Of a stretch of 64,000 nucleotides of DNA, positions 9,830 to 20,172 are shown piece by piece. The position numbers were made by a program, and so were the translations under genes. The notes below the pieces were generated by a model. It did no database searches. It worked only from the letters and a program-made list of their open reading frames with translations, and was not told the origin of the DNA. Origin of the DNA: Candidatus Woesearchaeota archaeon (lineage in GTDB: Archaea; Nanobdellota; Nanobdellia; Woesearchaeales; GW2011-AR15). The stretch covers positions 86,306 to 150,305 of the forward strand of contig JAFGJW010000001.1 in the NCBI GenBank assembly GCA_016928835.1, in the 5' to 3' direction. How positions within the stretch are numbered: position 1 is the first letter of the stretch; each line of letters begins with the position of its first letter.

Positions 9830-9940
9830 ACAAACATAATGTTGATTATGTTCCTGACCTGAAAAGGGCTGCTTTTATAGATTTCTGCTAAAAGGGTCCA
9901 ATAATAGGTCATTAATACTAAAAAAGATACAACAGATAAA
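9830..9940 (+). promoter_or_regulatory. Structured 5' leader of the rpl3 operon (candidate r-protein autoregulatory RNA)
   Basis: Hairpin AACATAAT(9833-40)/ATTATGTT(9845-52); stem TGACCT(9855-60)/AGGTCA(9906-11) enclosing GGGCT/GGTCC and CTTTT..AG/CTAAAAG pairings. Confidence 0.5.
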
Positions 9941-10930
9941 ATGCCGACTACAAGACAACCACGCTCAGGTTCACTACAATTTTGGCCCAGGAAAAGAGCA
10001 AGAAGGGCTACTGCTAGAATAAGGACTTTTCCAAAACATACTAAGCCAACATTAGGCGGTTATGCAGGATATAAAGTTGGCATGACACACATTATTGTTG
10101 TTGAGAATAGAAAAAATTCACCGAACAAAGGTAACGAAGTAATGGTTCCAGTTACAATTATTGAATGTCCCTCACTCAAGATACTGTCTGCGAGATTTTA
10201 TAAAAAAACCGTATATGGCTTGAAACTAATTACAGAAATTTTCAAGGAAAGACAAGATAAAGAATTGTCAAGAAGACTATGCCTACCAAAGAAAAAGGAA
10301 AAAAAATCACTTGATAAATTGGATATTAGTTATGATGAAGTGAGAGCACTAGTATATACACAGCCAAAAACAACCTCCTTGGGTAAAAAAAAGCCGGAGA
10401 TATTTGAAGTTAATATTGGTGGATCAAAGGAAGAGCAATATAATTATGTTAAAGAAAATTTTGACAAGGAAATTAATATTAGGGATGTCTTTAATGAAGC
10501 AGATATGGTTGATGTTCATGCAGTGACCAAAGGTAAAGGATATCAAGGCCCAGTTAGAAGATTTGGTATCTCATTGAGGCAAGCTAAATCAGAAAAGGCA
10601 ATAAGGAACCCTGGTTCACTTGGCCCATGGTGCGGGCAGGGGCATGTTATGTGGAGAGTTGCGCACGCTGGAAAGATGGGTTATCACCAAAGAACACATT
10701 ATAATAAACAAATATACAAAATTTCAGATCAGATTGAGGAGATTACACCTGCTGGCGGGTTTTTGAATTATGGTAATCTTAAGAACACATATGTCTTGAT
10801 TAGAGGGTCTGTTCCAGGGCATAGAAAACGACTTGTGCTTATGACTTTTGCTGGAAGGTCTAATAAAAAAGCACCCACCAAAATTCCTGCTATTGAATAT
10901 ATAGGGATTAAATCAAAACAAGGCAGATAG
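9941..10930 (+). CDS. rpl3: 50S ribosomal protein uL3
   Basis: PRSGSLQFWPRKRA, GYKVGMTH, TKGKGYQGPV, GKMGYHQRT. Confidence 0.98.
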   Translation: MPTTRQPRSGSLQFWPRKRARRATARIRTFPKHTKPTLGGYAGYKVGMTHIIVVENRKNSPNKGNEVMVPVTIIECPSLKILSARFYKKTVYGLKLITEIFKERQDKELSRRLCLPKKKEKKSLDKLDISYDEVRALVYTQPKTTSLGKKKPEIFEVNIGGSKEEQYNYVKENFDKEINIRDVFNEADMVDVHAVTKGKGYQGPVRRFGISLRQAKSEKAIRNPGSLGPWCGQGHVMWRVAHAGKMGYHQRTHYNKQIYKISDQIEEITPAGGFLNYGNLKNTYVLIRGSVPGHRKRLVLMTFAGRSNKKAPTKIPAIEYIGIKSKQGR

Positions 10931-11902
10931 ATGAAAACCGTAGTCAAATCAGTTCAAGGAGAGAAAAAAAAGGATATTGATTTACCTATTCAGTTTAATG
11001 AGAAAATCAGGCCTGATTTAATAAAAAGAGCAGTCCTCGCTGCCCAGAGCCACAGTAGACAGCCTTACGGAGCTATGCCAGATGCTGGAAAAAGGGCCTC
11101 AGTGGATATCTCAAAAAGGAGAAGGGATTATAAGACTTCATACGGTTATGGAATCTCCAGAACGCCAAGAAAAGTGCTTAGCAACAGAGGGACAAGATTT
11201 AACTGGGTTGGAGCTTTTGCGCCACAAACTGTTGGGGGAAGAAGAGCACATCCACCAAAAGCAGAAAAAAAATGGTACAAGAAAATTAATAAGAAAGAGA
11301 GGAGAAAAGCAATCAGGGTTGCATTATCCGCTTCAGTTATTAAGGATTTGGTTCAGGAGAGAGGCCATATCGTTGATGATTATCCGCTGGTTGTAGAGAC
11401 AAAAATTGAAGAAACTGGAAAGACAAGCGAGCTCAAAAATATACTAAATAAACTTGGCATTAAAAAGGAATTATCAAGAACAAACACAAGAAAAGTTCGT
11501 TCAGGAAAAGGGAAACGAAGAGGAAGGAAATATATAAAAAAGACTGGCCCGCTAATAGTTGTTTCAAAAGAATGCGATATATTAAATGCAGCCAGAAATA
11601 TTCCAGGGGTCGAAGCTGAAATAGTCCATAAACTTAATGTGCAATTACTAGCTCCCGGAACAAGGCCTGGAAGGCTTACAATTTATACTGAGGATGCAAT
11701 CCAAAGGATAAAGGACGAAAGGCTTTTTACAGATAAGCCTCTTAAGATGTCTATCAAGAAACAGGAAAAAGTAATCCAAAAAAAGGAAATTAGGGAAAAA
11801 CTAGACAAAGTAGAGAAAAAGGGTGAGTCAACTACAAAAGCATCAAAGAAACTTACTAAATTCAAAAAGACAACAAAAAAATCCACTAAGGCTAAAAAAT
11901 GA
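10931..11902 (+). CDS. rpl4: 50S ribosomal protein uL4 with Lys-rich C-terminal tail
   Basis: IRPDLIKRA, GGRRAHPPK, LLAPGTRPGRLT. Confidence 0.97.
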   Translation: MKTVVKSVQGEKKKDIDLPIQFNEKIRPDLIKRAVLAAQSHSRQPYGAMPDAGKRASVDISKRRRDYKTSYGYGISRTPRKVLSNRGTRFNWVGAFAPQTVGGRRAHPPKAEKKWYKKINKKERRKAIRVALSASVIKDLVQERGHIVDDYPLVVETKIEETGKTSELKNILNKLGIKKELSRTNTRKVRSGKGKRRGRKYIKKTGPLIVVSKECDILNAARNIPGVEAEIVHKLNVQLLAPGTRPGRLTIYTEDAIQRIKDERLFTDKPLKMSIKKQEKVIQKKEIREKLDKVEKKGESTTKASKKLTKFKKTTKKSTKAKK

Positions 11903-12156
11903 GTATTAAAATAATCAAGTATCCTCTATCAACAGAAAAATCAATAAGATTGATGGAATCAGATAATACCCTGATATTTATTGTAGACAATAAATCAAAC
12001 AAGAAACAGATTAAAGAAGAAATAGAGAAGCTCTACAAAGCCAAAGTAAAGCGTGTTAATACAACAATTGGACCAGATACCAAAAAAAGAGCATATGTAA
12101 AATTTGACGATGAGACTCCAGCAATTGATATAGCAACACAACTTGGCATTATGTAG
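11899..12156 (+). CDS. rpl23: 50S ribosomal protein uL23
   Basis: YPLSTEKS, NTLIFIVD, KRVNT, KKRAYV. Confidence 0.97.
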   Translation: MSIKIIKYPLSTEKSIRLMESDNTLIFIVDNKSNKKQIKEEIEKLYKAKVKRVNTTIGPDTKKRAYVKFDDETPAIDIATQLGIM

Positions 12157-12167
12157 CCTCAGAAAAA

Positions 12168-12875
12168 ATGGGTAAGAACTTAATTCAGCAGGCGCGTGGC
12201 AAAGGTGGCCCAACCTACAGGGCACCTAGCTTTAAGTATAAGGCTAAGGTTGAGTACATATTTAGTGCTAAGAGTGCAGAGATTGTCAACTTTGTGAAAT
12301 GCAGAGGCCATTCAGCACCTCTTGCCTATGTAAAATATGATTCAGGTGAAACAGGCTATTTGATTGCGGCAGAAGGTCTTCGGGTTGGAGATATCTTGAC
12401 TTTTGAGAGCAGTGCCTCTTCAATTGTTGGAAATACAATGAGATTAGAGGAGATTCCTATAGGTACAAATATATTTAATATAGAGAGCGTTCCAGGAGAT
12501 GGAGGTAAATTTATTAGAAGCAGTGGAACATTCGGAAAAGTTTTAGCTAAAATGAGAAACAAGGTTATTGTTCAGTTGCCTTCAAAAAAGGAGAGAAGTT
12601 TTGACCCGAAATGTAGAGCCACAATAGGTGTGATAGCAGGGAGTGGAAGAAAAGAAAAACCGTTTTTAAAGGCAGGCAGGAAATATCACTATATGAAAGC
12701 AAGAAACAAATTGTATCCAAAAGTAGGGGGACTTGCTATGAATGCAGTTGACCATCCTTATGGTACCTCAAGATCCTCTAAAAAAGGCCATCCTACAATA
12801 GCAAGAAAAAATGCACCACCTGGTGCAAAAGTCGGAAAATTAAGACCCAGAAGGACAGGTAGGAGGAAGAAGTAA
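12168..12875 (+). CDS. rpl2: 50S ribosomal protein uL2
   Basis: [36 protein letters not shown]. Confidence 0.98.
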   Translation: MGKNLIQQARGKGGPTYRAPSFKYKAKVEYIFSAKSAEIVNFVKCRGHSAPLAYVKYDSGETGYLIAAEGLRVGDILTFESSASSIVGNTMRLEEIPIGTNIFNIESVPGDGGKFIRSSGTFGKVLAKMRNKVIVQLPSKKERSFDPKCRATIGVIAGSGRKEKPFLKAGRKYHYMKARNKLYPKVGGLAMNAVDHPYGTSRSSKKGHPTIARKNAPPGAKVGKLRPRRTGRRKK

Positions 12876-12877
12876 CC

Positions 12878-13261
12878 ATGGCAAAAAAAGAATTTACATA
12901 TTATGGGAAAACACCAGAAGAGCTTCAAGAGATGTCACTTACAGAGTTTTCAAAGTACCTCTCTAGCAGAAAAAGGAGAAGTGTAAAGAGAGGATTATCA
13001 GAAGAGCATAAAAAACTTTTGAATAAGATATCAAAGCAGGATAAGAATATAAAAACCCACTGTAGAGATATTATTATTGTGCCAGCAATGGTAGGAACTA
13101 TTATAAAAGTATATGATGGCAGGGAGTTTGTCCCAATATCAATCACCGCAGAAATGCTTGGCCATTACCTTGGGGAATTTGCCCTAACAAGAAAGAGAGT
13201 TGCACATAATGCTCCTGGCGTTGGAGCTACTCGAAGCAGTGCGGCAATTTCAGTAAGATAA
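12878..13261 (+). CDS. rps19: 30S ribosomal protein uS19
   Basis: [24 protein letters not shown]. Confidence 0.97.
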   Translation: MAKKEFTYYGKTPEELQEMSLTEFSKYLSSRKRRSVKRGLSEEHKKLLNKISKQDKNIKTHCRDIIIVPAMVGTIIKVYDGREFVPISITAEMLGHYLGEFALTRKRVAHNAPGVGATRSSAAISVR

Positions 13262-13262
13262 A

Positions 13263-13712
13263 ATGAGATACAATTATGCTGTAAAACAAATAACGGAGAA
13301 TTCAGCCAAAGCAGTTGGCAGGAACCTTAGCATATCGACCAGAATGTCAGTTGAGATATGCAACTATCTTAGAGGAAAAAAGGTGAGTCAGGCCAAAAAT
13401 ATACTTGAACAAGTGATTCAGAAAAAACATGCAGTCCCAATAAGAAGATTCGGTGACAGCACAGCTCACAAGCCAGGAATTGGAGCTGGCAAATATCCAA
13501 TAAAGGCTGCGAAAGGGATATTAGCAGTCATTCAGAATGCAGAGTCAAATGCGCAAAACAAGGGACTCAGCACACATCACCTAGTAATTTCACATATACT
13601 TGCACATAAAGCATCAGCTCCTTGGCATTATGGGAGACATACAAGAAGAAAAATGAAAAGAAGCCATATAGAGATAGTGGTTTCAGAAGAAAAGGAAAAA
13701 GAAAAAAAATGA
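13263..13712 (+). CDS. rpl22: 50S ribosomal protein uL22
   Basis: GKYPIKAA, NAESNA, HIEIVV. Confidence 0.97.
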   Translation: MRYNYAVKQITENSAKAVGRNLSISTRMSVEICNYLRGKKVSQAKNILEQVIQKKHAVPIRRFGDSTAHKPGIGAGKYPIKAAKGILAVIQNAESNAQNKGLSTHHLVISHILAHKASAPWHYGRHTRRKMKRSHIEIVVSEEKEKEKK

Positions 13713-14428
13713 TGGAAAGAGAATTTATTACACGTAATCTGAAAGAATTTGAGATTCAAGAATATGTCAAAGCATCATTAAGAGGCGTTGGTCTTAGTGA
13801 TATTAAGATTCAGAGGACACCACTTGGTGAGAAAATCATTATATCAGCATCAAGACCAGGATTAATTATTGGTGGCGGTGGCTCAAATATCAAGAAACTC
13901 ACAAAGAACCTTAAAAGAGAGTTTAATCTAGAAAACCCTCAAATAGAGATCAATGAAGTACAAGACCAAAATCTTGTGGCCCAGGTTGTTGCAGAGCGTA
14001 TTTCCATATCCCTTGAAAAATATGGTTCAGTTCGATTTAAAAGCATAGGACATAGAATTATGGGGGATGTCATGAATTCAGGTGCACTCGGCATTGAAAT
14101 TTTGATTTCAGGTAAAATTCCAAGTGCTAGGGCTAGAACATGGAGATTTTACCAAGGATATCTTAAGAAATGCGGGGATCCTGCACTTACACAGGTTGAT
14201 GTTGCGTATAAAGCAGCAAAATTAAAATCAGGAGTTGTAGGAATCAAGGTAAGCATAATGCCACCAGATACAAGATTGCCTGATGATATAAAAATTTTGG
14301 AATTTCAAGAGACACCAGGTTTGGAAGAAGTTGAAGTTAAAGAAGATGAGAATAAAGACAAAGAAAAGGAAGAGAAGGTACAAAAATTAGAAAATGAAGA
14401 TAAAGGAGATAAGGGCAAAAAAGCCTGA
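13709..14428 (+). CDS. rps3: 30S ribosomal protein uS3 with acidic/Lys-rich tail
   Basis: RTPLG, RPGLIIG KH motif, ISGK...RAR, GYLKKCG. Start set to ATG 13709, overlapping the rpl22 stop. Confidence 0.96.
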   Translation: MMEREFITRNLKEFEIQEYVKASLRGVGLSDIKIQRTPLGEKIIISASRPGLIIGGGGSNIKKLTKNLKREFNLENPQIEINEVQDQNLVAQVVAERISISLEKYGSVRFKSIGHRIMGDVMNSGALGIEILISGKIPSARARTWRFYQGYLKKCGDPALTQVDVAYKAAKLKSGVVGIKVSIMPPDTRLPDDIKILEFQETPGLEEVEVKEDENKDKEKEEKVQKLENEDKGDKGKKA

Positions 14429-14582
14429 GGAGTTAAAGGAAAGATTGGGAGAGTTAAGGAGAGAGTTGATTAAACTTAACACTCAAATTGCTACAGGGAC
14501 GACCTTAAAAAGCCCTGGACAAGTAAAAAAAATTAAAAAAACAATAGCTAGAATATTGACCGTATTAAATAAAAATGAGTGA
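14394..14582 (+). CDS. rpl29: 50S ribosomal protein uL29
   Basis: IKKTIARILT motif and operon position. Confidence 0.95.
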   Translation: MKIKEIRAKKPEELKERLGELRRELIKLNTQIATGTTLKSPGQVKKIKKTIARILTVLNKNE

Positions 14583-14883
14583 AATATGCGTTACATGTGG
14601 GTTACCCAAAGATTTGTGTGTTTGTGAAAGCATAGCAAAAGAGACCCAGAATATCGAGATCAAAATCGTCAAGAAAAAATTTGGGAAAAAGAACACGTTG
14701 ATAGAAGGAATCGACCAAAAACAGATAGATATTAAAGAATTGACAAAAAAGCTTAAGAATCAGCTTGCCTGCGGTGGAACTACAAAAGAAGGAATTATTG
14801 AGCTGCAGGGAGATCACAAACACAAAGTCAAAGACTTATTGGTGGAAAAAGGTTTCCCACCTGAAACAATAAAAGTGAAATAA
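14575..14883 (+). CDS. sui1: Translation initiation factor aIF-1 (SUI1)
   Basis: CVTCGLPKDLCVC, LACGGT, IELQGDH. Confidence 0.96.
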   Translation: MSEICVTCGLPKDLCVCESIAKETQNIEIKIVKKKFGKKNTLIEGIDQKQIDIKELTKKLKNQLACGGTTKEGIIELQGDHKHKVKDLLVEKGFPPETIKVK

Positions 14884-15113
14884 TGAACGAAAAAATCCCG
14901 ATAGGGGAGTTCATTGGTAGAAAAGTAAGAATACAATACAATAAAAAAGAATTTGAAGGAATTATAATTGATGAAACAAAAAATACATTTGCCCTAAAAA
15001 CATTGAATGGAGTGAAAAAGATCATAAAAAACAATGCAATCATCGAGATTGACAGAATTCAAATTCATGGCAAAAACCTTATGAAGAGGCCTGAAGATAG
15101 AATCAAGATGTGA
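14883..15113 (+). CDS. rnp1: Ribonuclease P protein component 1 (Rpp29/POP4)
   Basis: EFIG, GIIIDETKNT, RPEDRIK. Confidence 0.92.
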   Translation: MNEKIPIGEFIGRKVRIQYNKKEFEGIIIDETKNTFALKTLNGVKKIIKNNAIIEIDRIQIHGKNLMKRPEDRIKM

Positions 15114-15118
15114 TTTAT

Positions 15119-15433
15119 ATGACAAAAGCAAAAGATGCAACAGTTGATTGCCAAGATAACCATTGTCCGGTCCATGGTCATCTAAAATTGAGAGGAAGGT
15201 CCTTTCTAGGAACCGTGCTCTCAGCCAAGATGCAGAGAACAGCAATCATTAAATGGGAAAGAAAGAGCTTTGTTAAGAAATATGAGAGATATGAGACAAA
15301 GAGAACTAAAGTCAAGGTACATAATCCAGATTGCATTAATGCAAAAGAGGGCGATATTGTTAAGATAATTGAGTCAAGACCTTTAAGTAAAACAAAGAAA
15401 TTTTCCATAATTGAGATAGTCAAGAAAAAATGA
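15119..15433 (+). CDS. rps17: 30S ribosomal protein uS17
   Basis: [21 protein letters not shown]. Confidence 0.97.
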   Translation: MTKAKDATVDCQDNHCPVHGHLKLRGRSFLGTVLSAKMQRTAIIKWERKSFVKKYERYETKRTKVKVHNPDCINAKEGDIVKIIESRPLSKTKKFSIIEIVKKK

Positions 15434-15831
15434 AAGCACTTAGATCAACCGTAACAAGAGCATTGCCAGTTGGCGCCACACTAAATGTATGTGATAATTC
15501 AGGTGCTAAGGAAATTGAGATAATCTCTATAAGAGGTTATAAAGGAGTTAAAAGAAGAAAACCTGCGGGGGGAGTAGGCGATTTTATTAATGCTGCTGTG
15601 AAAAAAGGCAGGCCAGATATGATGAAACAAGTAGTACCAGCAATTATTGTGAGACAAAAGAAGGAATATCGGAGACCAAATGGAACACGAATTAAATTCG
15701 AAGATAATGCAGCAGTCATACTAAAAGATGATAAAGGAAACCCTAAAGGCACAATTTTCAAAGGGCCAATAGCAAAGGAGGCAACCGAAAGATGGCCAGC
15801 GGTGGCAAAAGTAGCTAGTATTATTATATAA
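15430..15831 (+). CDS. rpl14: 50S ribosomal protein uL14
   Basis: [20 protein letters not shown]. Confidence 0.98.
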   Translation: MKALRSTVTRALPVGATLNVCDNSGAKEIEIISIRGYKGVKRRKPAGGVGDFINAAVKKGRPDMMKQVVPAIIVRQKKEYRRPNGTRIKFEDNAAVILKDDKGNPKGTIFKGPIAKEATERWPAVAKVASIII

Positions 15832-15832
15832 A

Positions 15833-16213
15833 ATGAAAACAAAATTTTCAACAAACTGGAAAAGCAGTACGCAACCGAGGAAACAACGTAAGTATAGGTA
15901 CAATGCTCCTAAGCATATTAAGGGAAAAAATTTAGGTTCACATCTCACCCAAGATTTACGGAAAAAATATGGCAAAAGAAGTGTGAGAATAAGAACAGGA
16001 GACAAAGTAAAAATAATGAGAGGACAATTCAGGGGAAAAACAGGAAAAGTTGAGAAAGTAAATGTAAAAACAGAGAAGGTATTTATCTCAAATATTGCAA
16101 TTGAAAAGAGGGACGGAACAAAAGTCGCGTATCCTATACATGCATCCAATCTTATGATTACTGAGTTGAATCTGCAGGATAAAAGAAGAACAGATATCTT
16201 AAAGAGGAAGTAA
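15833..16213 (+). CDS. rpl24: 50S ribosomal protein uL24
   Basis: QPRKQRK, GDKVKIMRG, IHASNL. Confidence 0.97.
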   Translation: MKTKFSTNWKSSTQPRKQRKYRYNAPKHIKGKNLGSHLTQDLRKKYGKRSVRIRTGDKVKIMRGQFRGKTGKVEKVNVKTEKVFISNIAIEKRDGTKVAYPIHASNLMITELNLQDKRRTDILKRK

Positions 16214-16214
16214 G

Positions 16215-16910
16215 ATGGTAAAGAAACATATGAAGAGACAGACAGTACCAAAAACATGGCCTATTCAGAGGAAAGGCTCAAAATTCATAACAAGACCTGT
16301 CCCAGGCAAATCATTCACACTAAGTATTCCTATTAATGTTATATTTAAAAATATATTAAAATACTGCAAAACAACAAAGGAAGTAAAAAATATCTTGAAT
16401 GACAAGGAGATTCTAATTGATGCGAAAAGAGTATTAGACCCGCGCGCCCTTGTCGGATTTGGAGATGTTCTTTCTGTCCCAATATCCAATAAGTTTTTCA
16501 GGCTGACTATGAGCAATAAAGGTAGACTCAACTTAACAGAGATTGATAAGAAAGAGGCCAATCAGAAACCCTGTAAGATAATAGGGAAAAAAGTGTTAAA
16601 AAAAGGCATAGTCCAGCTCAACCTTAATGACAGCAGAAACATCCTGGTTAAAAAAGATGATTACAAAAAAGGAGACAGTATAATATTAGAACTTCCGTCC
16701 CAAAAAATTATTGAGCACTTAAGCCTAAGCCCAAAGCATGTTATTATGCTCACTGGAGGGAAGCATACTGGTAAGACAGGAGTTGTCGAGAATATTAAGG
16801 GGAAGGAGATCTATTTTAAGACTATTTCGGGAGATACAATAATTACAAATAAGAAATTTGCCTTTGTTATTGGAAAGGAGAAACCTTTACTAAAGATTCA
16901 AAATGAATAA
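16215..16910 (+). CDS. rps4e: 30S ribosomal protein eS4
   Basis: HMKRQTVPKTWPI, QLNLNDSRNI, TGGKHTG. Confidence 0.96.
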   Translation: MVKKHMKRQTVPKTWPIQRKGSKFITRPVPGKSFTLSIPINVIFKNILKYCKTTKEVKNILNDKEILIDAKRVLDPRALVGFGDVLSVPISNKFFRLTMSNKGRLNLTEIDKKEANQKPCKIIGKKVLKKGIVQLNLNDSRNILVKKDDYKKGDSIILELPSQKIIEHLSLSPKHVIMLTGGKHTGKTGVVENIKGKEIYFKTISGDTIITNKKFAFVIGKEKPLLKIQNE

Positions 16911-17415
16911 AATGAAACAGATTCGAATAGAAAAAGTAACAATTAATCTAGGAACAGGTACAGACCAAGAGAAACTGAAAAAGGCAATGAAACTTGTCCA
17001 AAACCTTACTGGTGTGGTTCCTGTTAAAACACATAGTAAAAAAAGGATTCCCTCATGGAACTTGAGGCCGGGGTTGCCAATTGGATGTAAAACTACGCTA
17101 CGGGGAGAAAAAGCAATCGGATTGTTGAAAAGGCTACTTATGGCAAAAGAGAATTTGCTTTCTGAAAATTCCTTTGGAGAAGAGGGTAATGTTTCGTTTG
17201 GCATTCCAGAATATATTGACATCCCAGAGTTGAATTATGATCCAGAAATTGGGATTATGGGGCTGCAGGTTTGTGTTACTCTTGAAAGACCAGGATATAG
17301 AGTAAAGAGAAGAAAAAACTCAAAACGTAAAATATCAAAGAGTCATTTAATAACAAAGCAAGAAAGTGTTGATTTTTTTAAGGAAAATTTTGGTGTTGGT
17401 GTGGAGGAATCATAA
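16903..17415 (+). CDS. rpl5: 50S ribosomal protein uL5
   Basis: [37 protein letters not shown]. Confidence 0.97.
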   Translation: MNKMKQIRIEKVTINLGTGTDQEKLKKAMKLVQNLTGVVPVKTHSKKRIPSWNLRPGLPIGCKTTLRGEKAIGLLKRLLMAKENLLSENSFGEEGNVSFGIPEYIDIPELNYDPEIGIMGLQVCVTLERPGYRVKRRKNSKRKISKSHLITKQESVDFFKENFGVGVEES

Positions 17416-17651
17416 TGACAACTAGCGACCATACAAAAGTGCTTAAGCAGATAAAAGGAAAGCCTGCTAAACTAAAAAGATTCAATAAATACAATACTCC
17501 TAAAGACAGGAGCTGCGGCAGAAAAAATACGAAATGCAGAAGATGTGGCAGAACAGGTGTAGGCGGTTTTATTAATAAATATGGTTTGAACCTATGCAGG
17601 TGCTGTTTTAGAGACATTGCCACAGAATTAGGATTTAAGAAATATAGTTAA
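17415..17651 (+). CDS. rps14: 30S ribosomal protein uS14 (zinc-binding, N-terminally extended)
   Basis: CRRCGR...[11 protein letters not shown]...LGFKKY. Confidence 0.96.
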   Translation: MTTSDHTKVLKQIKGKPAKLKRFNKYNTPKDRSCGRKNTKCRRCGRTGVGGFINKYGLNLCRCCFRDIATELGFKKYS

Positions 17652-17661
17652 GGTGAAGCGT

Positions 17662-18054
17662 ATGAGTCTAAACGATCCATTGGCTAATATCTTGTCAAGT
17701 ATAGAGCTTGCTGAGAAGAGCGGGAAACAGCAAGTGTTAGCCAGTCCTAGCTCTAAACTTATCAAGAATGTCTTGAAGATTATGCAGTCAAATCATTATA
17801 TAGGAGATTTCAAGGAAATAAATAATAATAAAGGAGGAATACTCGAGATTAACCTAATAGGCGCGATTAATAAATGTGGCACAGTTAAGCCTAGGTACAA
17901 TGTCTCTCTGGTAAATTATAAGAAATTCGAAAAACGCTATCTTCCAGCGTTTGGTTTTGGCATATTACTTGTTAGTACCTCTAAGGGTCTTATGACACAT
18001 GAAGAGGCAATAAAAAATAATGTTGGGGGCAAAATTATCGCATTTGTTTATTAA
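17662..18054 (+). CDS. rps8: 30S ribosomal protein uS8
   Basis: NDPLAN, INKCGTVKPR, STSKGLMTH; AGGTGA SD before ATG 17662. Confidence 0.97.
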   Translation: MSLNDPLANILSSIELAEKSGKQQVLASPSSKLIKNVLKIMQSNHYIGDFKEINNNKGGILEINLIGAINKCGTVKPRYNVSLVNYKKFEKRYLPAFGFGILLVSTSKGLMTHEEAIKNNVGGKIIAFVY

Positions 18055-18056
18055 AT

Positions 18057-18599
18057 ATGAGAAAGAGAATTGTTGTTGAGATTGAAATTCCAGAAGGGGT
18101 TACACTTAATAGGGAGGGTAACCAGTTCACCATTAAAGGTGAATATGGAGTGGTTAGGAGAAAATTTTATGTTCCTGGCATAATTATCGAGCTCCATGAA
18201 AACAAACTTATTATAACCTCAAAAAAGGTATCCAAACGCGAGAAGACAATTATTCATACTTTTAGGGCACATTTTAATAATGCTTTCAAAGGAGTGCAAC
18301 ATGGATATACATACAAGCTTAGGATATGCTCGGGTCACTTTCCAATGAATGTGTCTTTTAATAATAACCTACTTTCAATTAGCAATTTCCTTGGAGAGAA
18401 GGTGCCTAGGACAGTCAAGATAAATCCAGAAGTCAAAGTGAAAATTGACGGCAGAGAAATCACCTTGGAGGGAAGCGACAAAGAAATGGTTGCCCAGGCA
18501 GCAGCAGACATAGAGCAGCGCACAAGAAGACCTGGTTTTGATAAAAGGATTTTTCAAGATGGGATATATGTTGTCCAAAAAGCAGGAAAGGAGATATAG
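18057..18599 (+). CDS. rpl6: 50S ribosomal protein uL6
   Basis: HFPM, NFLGEK, DKRIFQDGIY. Confidence 0.97.
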   Translation: MRKRIVVEIEIPEGVTLNREGNQFTIKGEYGVVRRKFYVPGIIIELHENKLIITSKKVSKREKTIIHTFRAHFNNAFKGVQHGYTYKLRICSGHFPMNVSFNNNLLSISNFLGEKVPRTVKINPEVKVKIDGREITLEGSDKEMVAQAAADIEQRTRRPGFDKRIFQDGIYVVQKAGKEI

Positions 18600-19115
18600 A
18601 TGGGAAAAGGTTTTATTAGAGACGATTGGTACAAGAAAAAAAGATTATCTACTAGTTGGAGAAAGCCGCGTGGAGTAAATTCAAAAAGAAGGCTTAAAAA
18701 AGGGAAGGAAAAAATTGTGTCAATTGGCTATGGTTCACCTAAAAGAGAAAAAAACCAGATAAAAGGTAAGGAACCTGTTAGAATAAGTAATCTGTCTCAG
18801 CTCTCAGGCATAAAAAGTGACCAAGGAATTGTAATCTCTGGTAAAATTGGCGCTAAGAAGAGATGTAAACTAATCCAAAAAGCGGTTGAAAACAAAATAA
18901 TGATATTAAATATAAAAGATGCTCAAGCTTATTTGAACAAAATTAAAGAACTGAAAAATAAAAAATCAAAGGAAAAAGAAGAAAAAGAAAAAGCAAAGGT
19001 AAAGAAAGAGGTTACAAAACCTGGAAAAGAGTCGATAGAAGACAAATTAAGTGAAGAAGAAAAGAAAGAGCTCGAGAAAAAAGAAGTGGACAGATTGCTC
19101 ACAAAAAAGTTTTAA
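18600..19115 (+). CDS. rpl32e: 50S ribosomal protein eL32 with Lys/Glu-rich C-terminal extension
   Basis: WRKPRG..SKRR, IGYGSP, IGAKKR; operon position. Confidence 0.93.
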   Translation: MGKGFIRDDWYKKKRLSTSWRKPRGVNSKRRLKKGKEKIVSIGYGSPKREKNQIKGKEPVRISNLSQLSGIKSDQGIVISGKIGAKKRCKLIQKAVENKIMILNIKDAQAYLNKIKELKNKKSKEKEEKEKAKVKKEVTKPGKESIEDKLSEEEKKELEKKEVDRLLTKKF

Positions 19116-19124
19116 TGGTTGAAA

Positions 19125-19562
19125 ATGAAACTAAGCATGCAAAAAAGATTGGCGTCTGATGTGTCAAATGTGTCTAGTAAGAGAGTTAAATTTGATCCGA
19201 ATAGATTAGAAGACATTAGGGAAGCTATAACAAAAAAAGATATCAGAGACCTGATTGAAGAAGGTGCAATTGAGATACTCCCTAAAAGAGGAGTTTCAAG
19301 AGTACGTGCGAGAAAAAGACAAGTCCAGAAAAGAAGCGGGAGACGCAGAGGGCATGGGACAAGAAAAGGTTCACACAACGCAAGGCTTAGTAGCAAAAGA
19401 AGATGGATTAATAGTGTGAGATTGCAGAGGAGTTTTATAAAAGAACTGAGAGATAAGAAAAAAATCTCAAATGAATTTTTCACTGAACTGAGCTTGAAGA
19501 TAAAAGGAGGTTTTTTCAGAAGCAAGAGGCATCTAAAATTATATTTAACAGAGCATAAATAA
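19125..19562 (+). CDS. rpl19e: 50S ribosomal protein eL19
   Basis: QKRLAS, AITKKDIR, GRRRGHGTRKG, KGGFFRS. Confidence 0.97.
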   Translation: MKLSMQKRLASDVSNVSSKRVKFDPNRLEDIREAITKKDIRDLIEEGAIEILPKRGVSRVRARKRQVQKRSGRRRGHGTRKGSHNARLSSKRRWINSVRLQRSFIKELRDKKKISNEFFTELSLKIKGGFFRSKRHLKLYLTEHK

Positions 19563-19563
19563 A

Positions 19564-20172
19564 ATGGCTAAAAAAAGAATTTATACAGTCTACCACAGGA
19601 GGAAGAGATCAGGAAAAACTAATTATAGAAAAAGAATTGCTCTCCTTAAATCAAACAAGACTAGGTTTGTGGTCAGAAAAAGCAATAGAAACTTAGTTGT
19701 GCAGTTTATTGATTTTTATACTAAGGGAGATAAAGTCTTAGTGACTTTGAACTCTTCAAAATTAGAAGAGTATGGATGGAAACTTAGCAAGAAAAATATT
19801 CCAGCAGCATATCTTCTTGGACTTTTGGCATCTAAGAAAAGTCCTGTTAAAGAAGCAGTGCTTGACATTGGTCTTCATACACCTACTAAGGGAGCCAAAA
19901 TATTTGCTGTATTAAAAGGTGCTGCAGACGGAGGTCTTAATATTCATTATACCGAAGGGAAATTTTCTGATGAAGAAAGAATAAGTGGTGCACATATAGG
20001 AAAGTGGTTAGAGGAATCAAAGAGCAATAAAAAAGAGGGAATATTTTCAACATATATTAAAGAGAAGATAACTGATAAATCAATCAATGATCTTTTTATT
20101 AAAACCAGGGAGAGAATAATAAAAGATGAAAAAGAAAAATCAAGAGGAAGAACAACAACAAAAGGAAAGTGA
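19564..20172 (+). CDS. rpl18: 50S ribosomal protein uL18
   Basis: RRKRSGKTNY, NIPAAYLLG, LDIG, KGAADGGL. Confidence 0.97.
   Translation: MAKKRIYTVYHRRKRSGKTNYRKRIALLKSNKTRFVVRKSNRNLVVQFIDFYTKGDKVLVTLNSSKLEEYGWKLSKKNIPAAYLLGLLASKKSPVKEAVLDIGLHTPTKGAKIFAVLKGAADGGLNIHYTEGKFSDEERISGAHIGKWLEESKSNKKEGIFSTYIKEKITDKSINDLFIKTRERIIKDEKEKSRGRTTTKGK

Noticed and set aside
9825-9839. Mini-uORF ATG CTA CAA ACA TAA (MLQT) ahead of the rpl3 leader
   Set aside because: With the TATA spacing seen at other promoters, the TSS should be near 9830, downstream of this ATG; such short ORFs also arise by chance.
13622-13708. N-terminal extension of uS3 given by the track
   Set aside because: It overlaps the rpl22 coding region; homology begins at ATG 13709/13712.
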